Source: Felis catus (Eukaryota). Taken from it: a DNA stretch of 64,000 bases. The stretch covers positions 3,100,001 to 3,164,000 of the forward strand of contig NC_058368.1 in the NCBI RefSeq assembly GCF_018350175.1. Reading direction: 5' to 3'. Position 1 is the first letter of the stretch, and every line of letters begins with the position of its first letter. A program made the position numbers and the translations under genes. The notes under the pieces were generated by a model that was given only the letters and a program-made list of their open reading frames with translations, was not told where the DNA came from and did not search any database. Below, piece after piece: positions 52,111 through 64,000 of this stretch.

Positions 52111-52669
52111 TATTTATCTGGAAGGATATGTATTGCAAATTCATAGAAGCTACACTCTGTGTCTATGCACCAAGGGCAACTGGAAAAAGTCAGGAGTGAA
52201 AACATGAGATGTGAAATCAATAAAACCAAGCTATGCCCCTACAAAAGGGGCAGTCTGGAGCTGTTCCATTTTGGGTTGATTTCTAAAATCAAATAAAGGG
52301 ATGGAATTTGAAGGTGCATAGGTTAATGTACATACTTTTGAAACTACCCTTCCACTCCAACACATGTAGAAAAGAGGGATCCAAAATATATAAAAAGAAA
52401 ATGTATTATCTAAAAAGACCTAGCCTCATTTAATACATGGAAAATGATCTTCGTGAACTGGGTGTCATAGGAAAATAAGGAAGGAAATTCAAGTGTGAAG
52501 TAGTGAGTGAGGCTTCGGCTGTGGTCTGCTTTCTTCCTCACCCTGAGGCTGTCAGAGCACTGTGAGACCTGTGTTGATGCATGGGTGAGCCTGAGCCCTT
52601 CATGCTCCCTCCAGAAGAGACAGGACTAAAAGAAGGCCCACTAGATAAACTACAAAAAAAGAAAAAAAA

Positions 52670-53362
52670 AGAGTAACTACTGAAATCACCAAAATCAGAA
52701 ATAAGTGTGAACATTACTACTGATTCTGTAGAAATGAAAAATATTACGAGTACTATGAATGATTATACATCAACAAATTGGGCAACCTAAATAAAATATA
52801 CAAATTCATAGAGACACAAAACCTACTAAATCACAAAGAAATAGAATATTTGCATAGACCTATTACTAGTAGAGACATTGATTGAATCAGTAATCAAAAA
52901 TCTCCCGACAAAGAACAACCCTGAACCAGGTGTTTTGGTAAATTATACAAAATATTGAAAGAGGAATTAATACCAATTATTCTCAATCTTTTCTAAAAGA
53001 ACAAAGAGGAAGGAGCACATTCTAATTCATTCTATGAAGTGAGCATCGCACTGATACCAAAACCAGAAAGAGACACAAGAAAATAAGACAACAGACTGAT
53101 GTCTTTTATAAACACTGATGCAAAATTCCTTAACAAAATACTGGCAAACCAAATTCAGGGTATATACCCAAAAGAACTGAAAGTAGAGTCCCCAGATGAT
53201 ATTTGTACGTCCATGTTTGTAGCAGCATTATTCATAATGGCTAAAACATGGAAGTAACCCAAGTGTCCATCGATTGGTGAATGGATAAGCAAAAAGTGGT
53301 ACATACTTACAATGGGATGTTATTCATTTCTTAAGAAGAATGGAAATTCTGCAATATGTTAC
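52670..53362 (+). mobile_element. L1 ORF2 fragment with a large internal deletion
   Basis: N-terminal RT region to KILANQIQ, then directly the C-terminal GIYPKELK...DICTSMF region. Confidence 0.85.
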
Positions 53363-53779
53363 AAGGAGTATATCCCATTTTGTAGTGGATATTTTTCTCA
53401 ATTCCTTCCCAGAGTGGTATGATGATCACTGTAGATCTGTGTGTTTCCCATCCTTTTCTCTGCCCATTGGGGTGTCTTATTGTTTTTACTATTTACTCTA
53501 CCATTGTATTCTGACTATTAGAAGGGCAGATAATTTGTATTTTACATCACAGGAGCTATATGAAGAACTACATCTGTGTCTGTTGAAGAAGATTGAGTGT
53601 TCCCAAGAGATCCTGACATCTGGGTTCAATGCAGCATGTGAATGAGAGGCTGCAGTTGACTCCCCTGAGGTCAGTTGAGTGTATTCTAGGGATAGAAAGA
53701 GGGATGCATATGGATATTTGCATGTCCAGGATTATGGAATCTGGAAAGACCGACAGTTGATCCACAGAATTTCTTGTTT

Positions 53780-54180
53780 TCTATATCAAAACAGGTTTTA
53801 GCTAGTTGAACTCACAAGCTCCCAGATAAGGTTGCCTTTCTTATTTTTGTTACATCTGGGCAGGCCATGTCACTACTTCTGACCATTAATAGATGAACGG
53901 GAGTGATGCACGGAATGAAAGGTTGTGCCTTGAAAGGAAAGGATGTCTTCCCCCTTCCTTTTCCTCTTCCATTTGCCAACGTCTGGAGTGTCGACCTGAA
54001 ACTGGACCTGGGAAAAGTACTTAGACCTTGAAATGGAGGGTACTTGATAAAGAGGTCCAAGAAACGAAACACACACCTAAGTCCCTTGCAGCATGGAGCA
54101 ACCATATTAGTCCTGGTGGCGTAGGCTTAGACTACCAGTGAGAGAAATCAACTTACACTATGTTCAAACTCTTTCTATTC
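53780..54180 (+). mobile_element. Old MLT1 LTR (MLT1J/K-like)
   Basis: ggccatgtcactacttctgacc...gtgagagaaatcaacttacactatgttcaaac. Confidence 0.6.
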
Positions 54181-54229
54181 TGGATCCCAGAAAAAATAAA
54201 AAAAAAAAAAACAATGGAGAAAAAGTGCA

Positions 54230-56250
54230 GAAAAGTAATGCATAGACCAATATCACTTCTAAACTTAAATCCAAAATTCCAAATAAGCTTCTTAGTGTAA
54301 TAAACTCATTGGGGGACTAGACAATCAATAAACTTTGGTCATGCAGGGTTTATTCTAAAAAGGTAAAATCAGAAAATCTGTTATGATAATATACCCCATT
54401 AAAAGACCAAAAGATAGCAGCACTTGGGTGGGTCAGTAGGTTAAGCATCTAACTTGATTTTGGTTCAGGTTATGATCTCACAGTTGTGGGACTGATCCCT
54501 GCAGCAGGGTCCATGCTGAGCACATAGCTTGCTTAAGATTCTCTCTCTCCCTCTGACCCTCTCCCCTGCTCACATGCTCTAAATACATACATACATACAT
54601 ACATACATAAATACATAAATGTTAAAAAAGATTAAGTACGCATAATACAACAGTACAAAATAAATTATATGATGCAATTCAAGAGCACGTCAAGAATTTT
54701 TTCTGAAAATCTAGCAAACTAGAAAAAGAAGGGAGTTTAAAATTTCTTTGACTTATACTAAAAGCCCATACTGAGCCTTTTACATTATTATAAAACTTTA
54801 GAAGCAATATTGTAAAACTCAGGAAGGATATAACCAGCTTTTTATCATGGCATCTATTCAACATTATACTCAATATTTTATTCAATGCAGTAAGAAAAGG
54901 AAAAAAAAGATACAAGAATTACAAAAGAAAGGAGAAGTATGAAGCCATGGATGTCATTGGAAATGTCAGGAAATCGAAAAGAATCTGTACAAAATTAAGG
55001 TAAAAAGAGAGGAAAAGTTGCGATATGAAAATGATTAAATGTCTTTCTATACATTAATAATAATTAGAAAATGAAAATTTAAAAAAGCATACCATTCAAA
55101 AAATATGTAAGACCATTACAAAAAGATGTAACAAAATGTGAATGAGAACTCCATGGGGAAATTTGCAATCCCTTAAGTAAGGAAAGAGAAAATCATCTGG
55201 AAATAAATAAGTGATATGCCATACTCATGGATGAGAGGATCAGTATCTTAAAGATTTTAATTATCCCCACGATAATTCATGAATTTAATGTAATTCTATT
55301 CTAAACACCAGTGGAATTTTTACGGAACTTGACAATCGATTCCTGGAGAATTAAATGGCCAAAAATAAAACTGAAGAATTTTGGTGGGGGAGGCTTATGT
55401 TTATGAGGACTTCTTATGAAACCATAACAATTAGTATAATATGGTAATATCCCAAGAAAGACGTAAAGATTAATCCAACCACAACAGAGAACCTGGAAAA
55501 AGACACAGTTGTAGAAGGAAAGTTAACATATGGCAGAACTGACATCACGAATCAGTGGGGAAAAAAGAGGTTGTTCACTATATGGTGCATTGATAATTAT
55601 TCATATTTGAAAATAACTGTAGACTTTCACTTCAGGCCATCAAGGAGTAACAGGCATCTGTAATTAATCTCTTGCTATAAGACAAATTTTAAAAATCTAG
55701 AAAATTGCACAAAATATAGGAAGAAACTATTCTGAGACGTCAGCCAAGAGGTAGCGTGCACCTGTAATCCCTGAGAAGCGTATCAACCAAGGCGAGCAAT
55801 TTCCAGACTACCGTCTAGGAGAAGCATCCCCAGACCATGCCCAGGATCTTGCTGAGCTGAGAAGACAGAGATAGGAGTAAGGGGAGGCCAAGGAAGGTAG
55901 AGTATGTGAAGAGACTAGCTGACAGAAGAGTTCTAAAGAAAAAGCAGTTGAGAAATCGCTACAAGGTCATCATTAGTCTTTGAATATCAACCATTGTTTG
56001 CATAGGGTGAAAAGTCATAAGCCAGACCAAAAACCACTTCCACAGAAAGAACTGCCAGGAAGCAACACGGTGAGCAAGCCTTGGAGCTCTCCCAGGGCAG
56101 ACGATGTGTATCCCCACCAGCTAGAAGAGACGCTGCCCTGAATACCCAAAGTATTAGGATGAGACCACAGAAAGGGAATACCTTAGAAGTGAGACTAAAA
56201 AAAAACCCCTAAAATAAAGACTGCTCTAGACTGACCCTGAAGAACTTGGT
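54230..56250 (+). mobile_element. Ancient L1 fragments (ORF2 and 5' region)
   Basis: agaccaatatcacttctaaac..., atgccatactcatggatg..., L1M 5'-like gactttcacttcaggcc. Confidence 0.65.
54418..54630 (+). mobile_element. Diverged CAN-SINE
   Basis: cacttgggtgggtcagtaggttaagcatc..., (TACA)n tail. Confidence 0.88.
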
Positions 56251-56447
56251 TGACACTAAGCGTAGCTGATGCTAACATGGAACAGCCAAGGCAGCGCTGT
56301 GGACACCACCAAGTTTCAGTATAGACAAGCAATCGGTGCAATGGTCCCAGGCATTTAGGGGAAACTGAGTCAAAATCGATGGCCCTGCTGCACCAGCAGC
56401 TTTCCCTCACAAGGCAGAGAGAGGAATGAAATATTTATCCAAAGGGA

Positions 56448-56690
56448 AGTAAAGAAGGAAGGAGGGAGGGAGGGATGGAGGGAAAGAAGGAAGGAGGAGG
56501 GGAGGAAGGAAGGAGGGAAGGAAGGAAGGAAGGAAGGAAGGAAGGAACGAGGGAAGGAAGGAAGGAGGGAATGAAGGAAGGGAGGAAGGAAGGAAGGAAG
56601 GAAGGAACGAAGGAAGGAAGGAAGGAAGGAAGGAAGGAAGGAAGGAAGGAAAGAAGGAGGGAAAGAAGAAAGAAAGGGAGGAAGGAAAAA
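56448..56690. repeat. (GGAA)n microsatellite
   Basis: Seen directly. Confidence 0.97.
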
Positions 56691-57970
56691 CAGGGGAACT
56701 GCTGCTTTTATCATGTAAAGCCAAGGTGCTGCTGGGATCAGGCTAGCTGTGTTCTTAACAATACCATTTCCGCTTATCAAGCAAGGCTTGTCGGGCTCTT
56801 TCCACTTTGTTAGTCAACGAATCTGAATGGACTTGACCCAAAATGGTGATCTCAGACTGGAGAGTTACATGGCCTCCATGGGCAGGTGCTCAGTTTCAAC
56901 AAAGGTCTGGTAGCAAGCAGATATTTATTTTTCCAAAGGAGTGTACCTGAGAGCCACATCAGGAGGGTGTTGAGTCCCAAACCCCAAAAGGTGCCTGCCA
57001 ATTGGCCAGAGGTACCAACTGACGATATCAGCAGCCACATAGACTTGTGGCTCCAAGTACTCATTAGGGCTCTGCAACCCCAAAGGTACCAGCACGTTTC
57101 TAACTGAGGACCCTCCAGTCAGAGGAATTACCCCTAGCACTGGCAAACACTCACAGTAGAGGCATGAAGAATGTCAATACTAATTACACATTCAGCAACA
57201 GAAATCGAGCAATCGCTTGTTATATTTGCCCCAAGCGTCCCATACACAAGGTTATTGTATCGTCCCTTCCCCAACCACGCCCAAACACCATCACCCAGCT
57301 TCCACATAAGGCCAGGGGAGTTTTCCAAGATGGTGGGCTGACCACAAGACTTTAGCTAGAATTTTGGGGGACATTTTCTCATTCTTTAGGGGGTCACGTT
57401 CATCAGCATCGTAAACCCATGGCAGGAAAGTCCCAGGCAATGCCTTATTTATTGTTTTCCACGGTAGTTTGTCTGCTTTGGGGCCAAAGCCCTGAATAGC
57501 GGTCAGGACCCAGAGATGTCCCCATCTCCTAGTGAATCTACGTTTGGCGTGATAGATAGCAGAAGAGACCGAGCTGGAAGATGGCCTGCGTGTTTACAGT
57601 CTTTAACAAACACCTCAGTCCAAGTGAACCAGCCCAAATTCTAATGTCTTGCCTGTTTTATGCACACGGTATTTGTGAACTTCCCTCTTTCACTCTTTGC
57701 ATCTCTGTAACTGTTGTTTGAAATGGGGCAAAGCCTTAAGCTCTTTTCCCCTAAGTGCAAATCTTAGTTGTAGCTATTATGTTGGCGTGGATCTGAGCCT
57801 GCCTGCCCCATTGGTGGTGAATTTCCTCTACAGGGAAGAAAATTAGTAGCAGAAGGGCACCATTCAGACAGCTGTCTTTTCACCTAATTCCTGGTGTTTA
57901 GCCTGCAATCACCACTCTGATCCCCCCTACAGACAATACTGTATAGGCTACTTACTGCCCAGTTAACCAC

Positions 57971-58464
57971 TATATCAGTCAGAGTTCTCCAGAGAAATTG
58001 AACCAGTAGATCTATCTATCTATCTACCTATCTATCATCTACCCATATCTCCGTATCATTTCTCTCTCCTTCTCTCCCATATATATATGTATATGAGATG
58101 TGTGTGTGTGTATACATAAGTATGTATGTATGAGAAAGTGAAAGGTTTGATTGATTTGATTACAGGAGCTGACGCTAGGAAGTCTGAAATACACAGGGAA
58201 GACTGAGATATGCAATCTGGAAACAGAATTCTCCTTCCCTGGGAACCTGAGTCTGCTCTCAAGGCCTTCAAAAGATTGGATGAAGTCCATACACATTATG
58301 GAGGATAATCCGCTTTACTTAAAGTCTACTGGTTGTAAATGTTAATTATACCTAAAAACTATATTTCACAGCGACATCTAGGCTGGTGTTTGACGAAACC
58401 TACTACAGCTTAACCTATAGGCACTATAGCCTCGCCTAGTTGATGCATAAAATTAACCATTGCA
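57971..58464 (-). mobile_element. MLT2 (ERV-L) solo LTR
   Basis: tatatcagtcagagttctccagagaaa...ataaaattaaccattgca; 5-bp TSD accac/accat. Confidence 0.9.
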
Positions 58465-58521
58465 ACCATACAATTTGGTCAACATTTTCGTTACCTATTC
58501 CTATGAACTTCTCCCAAATTT

Positions 58522-59024
58522 TGTTAGTAGATCCTCTAGGCCCCCATACTTCCTCTGACAAAAAGCTGTATTTCTGTCAGTATCACCACAAACCCAAAAC
58601 AACGAAGATTCAGATTTTATGTTATTTACACATTAACAAATTAGCCCCCCTCCCCTAGTTTCCCGGATCCTGGCCAAAGACTTGAGATTGCTGGATCAGA
58701 GAAAAGGGATTTTTTATTGCTCCCAGCAATAGCAGGAGCTAGAGTAGCAGCTTCCTTATCAGGTCTCTTAGACCCAGTTCTCACAGGGCAGTGCAAAGAG
58801 AACCACATGATGTCTACACATGCAATGGGCTGTGTTCAGAAGAACCCCAGGGTTTTACAGTAGGAAGTCATGATATCTGCCATTCACTCTGCATAGACAC
58901 ATGATTGAGCTTATAAGACAGTTTGCTACATAGAAATCTTTGAAAATGTAATCTACAAAAAAGGCATGAAGTGTCACAGCTCAGAATAGGCGCAAAGACA
59001 CAGAGATCCATGACTTTTCTAACA
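58522..59024 (-). mobile_element. Old ERVL-class LTR (MER54/LTR53/MER73-like), putative 5' LTR
   Basis: Minus strand begins TGTTAG and ends CTAACA; followed by aaatttgg... and the ERV-L internal relic. Confidence 0.65.
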
Positions 59025-59081
59025 TTAAAAGAATCTCGTGCTCTGCAAATATCTGTCCAATTTGTTTATGATATATTGACT

Positions 59082-59306
59082 GTTTTTTAAATAATGTTTT
59101 TAAAGTTTAATTTACTTATTTTGAGAGAGAGAGAGAGAGAGAGAACATGAGAAGGGCAGAGAGAGGGAGAGAGAGAGAATCCCAAGCAGGATGCCTACTG
59201 ACAGCATGGAGCCCAATGTGGGGCTTGAACTCACAAACCGTGAGATCATGACCTGAGCCGAAACCAAGAGTCAGACGCTGAACCGACTGAGCCAGCCAAG
59301 CACCCC
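59082..59306 (-). mobile_element. CAN-SINE
   Basis: TSD tatgatatattgact / tatgatatattaact. Confidence 0.95.
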
Positions 59307-59529
59307 TATGATATATTAACTCACGTACTACTAGGTTATGTTTGCTAATAATGTGTTAATATTTTTGTATGTATGTTTATTAAAGATGTTGCCCTGTAAA
59401 TTTCCTTTCTTCTAAGTCTCTTTCTAAGTTTTGGAATCGAGGCTATCCTAACCTATAACCATGAGTTGATAAATATTGCTCTTTCTTGGTGTTGTGAAAG
59501 ATTTTGTGGAACACTGAGATGATTTTTCT

Positions 59530-59714
59530 TTTCTTTTCTTTTCTTTTCTTTTCTTTTCTTTTCTTTTCTTTTTAATTTTTTTTTAACATTTATTTATTTT
59601 TGAGACAGAGAGAGAGAGCATGAACAGGGGAGGGTCAGAGAAAGAGGGAGACACAGAATCCGAAACAGGCACAGAGCCCGACGCGGGGCTCGAACTCATG
59701 GACTGTGAGATCAA
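59530..59714 (-). mobile_element. 5'-truncated CAN-SINE with (TTTTC)n tail
   Basis: TSD gagatgatttttct at 59516-59529 and 59715-59728. Confidence 0.93.
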
Positions 59715-60209
59715 GAGATGATTTTTCTATTACATTTTCGAAAGAATCTCTCAGTGAAGTCACCAGGGCCTGCTGTTGTACGGATGAAAAAGATTTGAAT
59801 CACCAGTTTAATTTCTCTACTAGATGTAGAGTTATTAACATTTTATATTTTTTGTGTGTTAGTTAATTGAGGTTTTTAAGGAACATTTCCATTTCATCCA
59901 AAGTTTCAAATATATTTGACATAAAGTTACATTATCTTTCTACTACCTGGAGGCTACTCTTATTATTATAAGGATGTCTCTTATTTTTTCATTCCTGATC
60001 TTGGTAATTTGTGTTTTCTCTCTTTTTCGTTTGGTCCGATAATAGGGTTTATCAGTGTTACTGCCCTTTCACAGCACAAACTTCTAGCTGTGTTGAAGTT
60101 CTCTACTCTATGTCTGTTTCCTATTAATCCATGCTCTGCTATTACTTGTTTAAGTTTACTTTTACTTGTTTTAATTTACTCTACTTTCTCAGAGTAGTTT
60201 TCTGAGCAA

Positions 60210-61095
60210 ATACCTGAGAATATCACCACGGATAAAGAATGCTATTTCATAATGGCAATAGGGTCAACTAATCAAAAGGACATAATAATCACAAAATGGA
60301 TGTATGTAAAAACAGGCTCAAATACATGAAGCTTAATCTGATAGAACTGAAGAGAGAAGCAAAAAATCCACAACCGCAGGTGAAAATGTCAATGGCCGTC
60401 TCCCGAATAGGGGTATAATAATTGACAGAACTTAGCAAAGACATGGAAGACCATAAATACATTCTAAGCACATTTGACCTAATTCACATTTATAAAACAT
60501 GCCCCCTAACAAACAGAATACATGTTCCTTTCAAGTGAACATGAAATATTTACCTGATGGACTGTATTCTCACTCAAAACACAAGTCTGAATAAATCTGA
60601 AAGGCCTCAACTCATAGAAAACACATTCTCTGGCAATGGAATTGATTAGAACTCAATAAGGTGTCTGGAAAATTCACAAATATTTTGATCCTAAATCACT
60701 AACTGATATATAACCAATGGTTCAAAGGAGATCTCAAAAGGGAAAACTAGAAAGAAATGAAATGAAATGAATGAAAATGAAAGCATAAAGTACAGAATTT
60801 TGTGGAATGACATTAAGGGAGAACTCATAGTACTGAAAACTTAAGTTTTCAGAAGAAGAAATTTCTCTACCAAATGACTCAAGTTTCTACTAAGTGACCT
60901 TAAAAAAGTAGAAAAAAGTAAAACACAGTAATCCTAAGTGATGTAGAAGAAGGAAAATAAAATAGATCAGAGTGAAAGCAAATAGAAAACGGAGCAACTA
61001 CAAAAGAAATCAATGAAACTAAAATTAACAAGCTGATAGACAAATTTCTTAGGATAAAAAGGGAGAAAATACAAATGAATTCATCAGAAATAAGT
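60210..61095 (+). mobile_element. L1 ORF2 endonuclease-region fragment
   Basis: YFIMAIGSTNQKDIII...; acatgttcctttcaagtgaacatgaaatatttacc. Confidence 0.8.
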
Positions 61096-61099
61096 AAAG

Positions 61100-62115
61100 C
61101 CTATGTTCATTAACAGCTACTTCCATTCCTCCCCAAACTCCCAACTCTAGCAACCATTAATCTTTTTATTTCTATAAATTGCCTTATTCTGGATACTTAA
61201 TACAATGGAGTTATAAAACATAACCTTTAGTGACTCTGTTGATGGAAATTTGGGTTGTTTCTACTTTGGGGCTACTATGAAAAATGTTGCTATGAATATT
61301 CATGTGCAAATTTTAATGTGGACATATATTTTTCATACATTTTTTATTTTTTCTTGGCTATTTACCTAGGAGTGGAATTTCTAGGTCTTATGGAAACTCT
61401 ATGTTGAAACTCTATGTTGAACATTTGGAGGACCAATCTTACTGTTTTCCAATGTGGCTACCATTTTATTTTATTTTATTTTATTTTATTTTATTTTATT
61501 ATTTTATTTTATTTTACATTTTATTTATTTATTTATTATGAGAGACAGAGAGAGTGAGAGTGGGGGAGGAGCACAGAGAGAGGGAGACAGACAATCCCAA
61601 GCAGGCTCCGCACTGTCAGCGTGGAACCCTATGCAGGGCTCGAACTCCTGAAACCATGAGATCATGACCTGAGCTAAAAACTAAGAGTCAGATGCTTAAC
61701 CAACTTAGCCACCTAGGCACCACATGGCTACCATTTTAGATCCTCACTAGCAATTTATTAAGGTTCCAATTTCTCCATATACTCATCAACCCTTGTTCAT
61801 TCCTGTCTTTTTATGTTGTTTATCCTACTAGGTATGAAGTGGTTTCAATTAGTGTTTCTCTAGTGGTTAATGATGATGAACATCTTATAACTTATTGGCC
61901 ATTTGTATATCTTATTTGGAGAAAAATTTATTCAAACCCTTCCCCCATATTTTAAATAAGTTGTCTTTTATTATTGAGTTGTGAGTGTTCTTTACATATT
62001 TGTATTCTGGACTCAAGTCTTTATCAGATATATGGTTTGCAAGTATTTTCTCCAATTCTGTGATTGTCTTTCCACTTTCTTGATGATGTCTTTTGAATCA
62101 CAAAACTTTTAAATA
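61100..62115 (-). mobile_element. L1MB-like 3' fragment
   Basis: gttgatggaaatttgggttgtttctactttggggctactatg... Confidence 0.85.
61469..61722 (-). mobile_element. CAN-SINE in L1
   Basis: TSD tggctaccatttta. Confidence 0.95.
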
Positions 62116-62119
62116 TAAC

Positions 62120-62156
<37 letters not shown>

Positions 62157-62169
62157 TTAACAGATTAGG

Positions 62170-63500
62170 GGGTTGAGAAATAAACTCTTAATTTTATGGT
62201 CAATTGATTTTTAAAAAGTGTCAACTTCAATTCAATGGAAAAAAGATACTCTTCAATAAATGCTGCTGAAATTTGGATATTCTATGTGCAGAAATATGAA
62301 TTAGACCCTTCAAGCCATAAGCTAAAATTTCATTAAATTGTGTCATTTTTCTATAATTAAGTGTGAAAGCTACAAAACATCTAGAAGTAAACATTGGAGA
62401 AAATGTAATATTGGCTTAAGATTTTTTAGACATGACACTAAAAGCTTCACACGTTACAAATAACACATTGAACTTCATGAATATTTAAAACTTTTTTTTT
62501 CCTCTAAAGACACCATTAACAAAATGAAAAGACAAATCACCCACGAGAAAATAGTTGGAAATATTATCTTATCAAGAACTTGTGTACAGGCATATAAAAA
62601 ACTCCTGCGGCTCATTAACAAGAAAAAAAAAACCCAGTTAAAAAAATCAACCAAAGATTTGAATAGACTTTTTACCAAGGAATACGAATAGCTAGAAAAA
62701 ATTATTTATGAACAACTAATACGAAAATGCAAAGATGGTTAACATTGTCATTAGTGAAATGCAGATTGTACCCAAAATTCCACACATACACACCAGTTTA
62801 TCCAAAAATATGACAATAGCAAGTGGAGATGTGGAGAAATTGGAACCCTCCTAAATTGCCGATGGGAAAATACAATGGTATAAGAACTATGGAACGCAGT
62901 TTGGCAGATTTTAAAACAAATATTATTTTCCATATAGTTCACAAATTTCATTCCAAGAGTGTACCCGAAAGAAACAAAGGCTTATGTCTAGACAAAGAGT
63001 TGTATGCAAAAGTTTATAACAGTACTTTTCGTAAGAGCCAAAGACAGAATAATCCAAATATCCATCAACTTGTGGATGGGAAGAAACTGATATTTCCATA
63101 TAATGGAATACTACTCAGCAATAAAGAATGATACACGATTGGTACCTGCAACAATACAGGTAATTATCAAAAAGATTACGCTAAGTGAAAGAAGCCAGAA
63201 AAAAAGACAACACACTGTATGGTTCTAGTAATAAGAAATGTACGTATATGCGAAAACGTGCGTATGTCCGTAAACGCACATGTATAGAGACAGAGAACAG
63301 ATACAAAGTTGCTTGGGACCTAGATGGAAATGGGAATTGACTGCAAACCAGCACAAAGGAAGTCTTTGTAATGATGGAAGAGTTCTAAAGTTGTGTTGTT
63401 GTGACGACGGCACAACTATATAAATTTCACAAAAATCATTAAGCTGTATGCATACAGTAGGTTAATTTTTTGCCATTCAAATAAAGTTGTTAAAATTTTT
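62170..63500 (+). mobile_element. Old L1 ORF2 end plus 3' UTR
   Basis: MWRNWNP...PYNGILLSNKE-like peptides; ends gtttaattttttgccattcaaataaagttg-like 3' UTR. Confidence 0.85.
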
Positions 63501-64000
63501 ATCCTAGCCCCTCAAAAATTTAGCAATATTGGAAAACAAGTATTAAAATTCTAAGCGTGCCTGCTAACCATAAGACTAATAAAATGTTACCTATTAAATT
63601 TAGAAAATTGGAAGGAAGGAACTTTGTCCTTTGGAATGATATTTAACAAAGAGATGGATTGTCAAAAAAGTTGTACATTAACCACAAGCTTCAGATGATG
63701 TAACTCACTGAAAACCAAGAATAATACCATTAGCTTCTTTTTATTGAGTCTCATTCTGTTGGCCACATCACACACTTTCCTCATCCTATGGAAAACTGGA
63801 AAAGTAATTTACAACGCCATGAACTCGTGAGTCCCAATTTCTTCCATCATTTAAAGAAGTCTTGCTGTTTTCAATAAACATTACCATATTTACTTAGAAA
63901 CAAGCATTGCATATTTGCTAGGTAATAACGTGCACAGTAAACACTATTTCAATGCAGAATAAAAAGGCAAAAACACATTTATGTGAACGATGTAGATGCA

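Larger units (their letters stand above)
56300..58521 (-). mobile_element. ERV-L-class internal region relic (protease and RNase H-like pieces)
   Basis: ECVISIDIL (protease end); PLGLQSP...WYLW...LGFGTQ...YTPLEK*ISACYQTFVETEHL and KVERARQ...KWY match ERV-L pol motifs. Confidence 0.8.
59030..60195 (-). mobile_element. Ancient L1 ORF2 fragment
   Basis: Antisense ORF2 (tttcattcctgatcttggtaatttgtgttttctctc; gtgaagtcaccagggcctg). Confidence 0.75.

Noticed and set aside
56370..56813. PSFL/EGRK repeat ORFs
   Set aside because: Translation of the (GGAA)n microsatellite
1..64000. CRISPR array, operon or prokaryotic defence system
   Set aside because: Mammalian DNA; no regularly spaced repeat-spacer array or gene-dense coding; dispersed repeats are retrotransposons

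Overview
Eukaryotic (mammalian) non-coding DNA. The many tRNA-derived CAN-SINEs with SINEC_Fc-type heads (ggggcgcctgggtggcgcagtcggttaagcgtccgacttcagccagg...) and the carnivore-type L1 3' ends point to a felid (cat family). No protein-coding gene is recognisable: the ORF track is explained by SINEs, L1/ERV relics and simple repeats. About 22 CAN-SINEs are present, many with readable target-site duplications (TSDs). The window also holds L1s of several ages, L2/MIR, MaLR (MLT1) and MLT2 LTRs, MER3/MER5 and a hAT transposase relic. The main non-repeat element is a CpG island at about 40.7-41.4 kb with GC-box, E2F, CRE-like and NRF1 motifs and a possible splice donor. It is followed by a 1.15-kb structured polypyrimidine tract. 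Several homeodomain/PBX-HOX/MEIS motif clusters look like developmental enhancers. Notable structures are a twin-primed (5'-inverted) L1, an ERV-L-class provirus lacking RT with a nested MLT2 solo LTR, a TSD-flanked L1 without its 3' end, three-level nesting, and a SINE with a micro-inversion. I see no convincing novel biological system. Subfamily names come from recalled consensus similarity and need Dfam/RepeatMasker confirmation.
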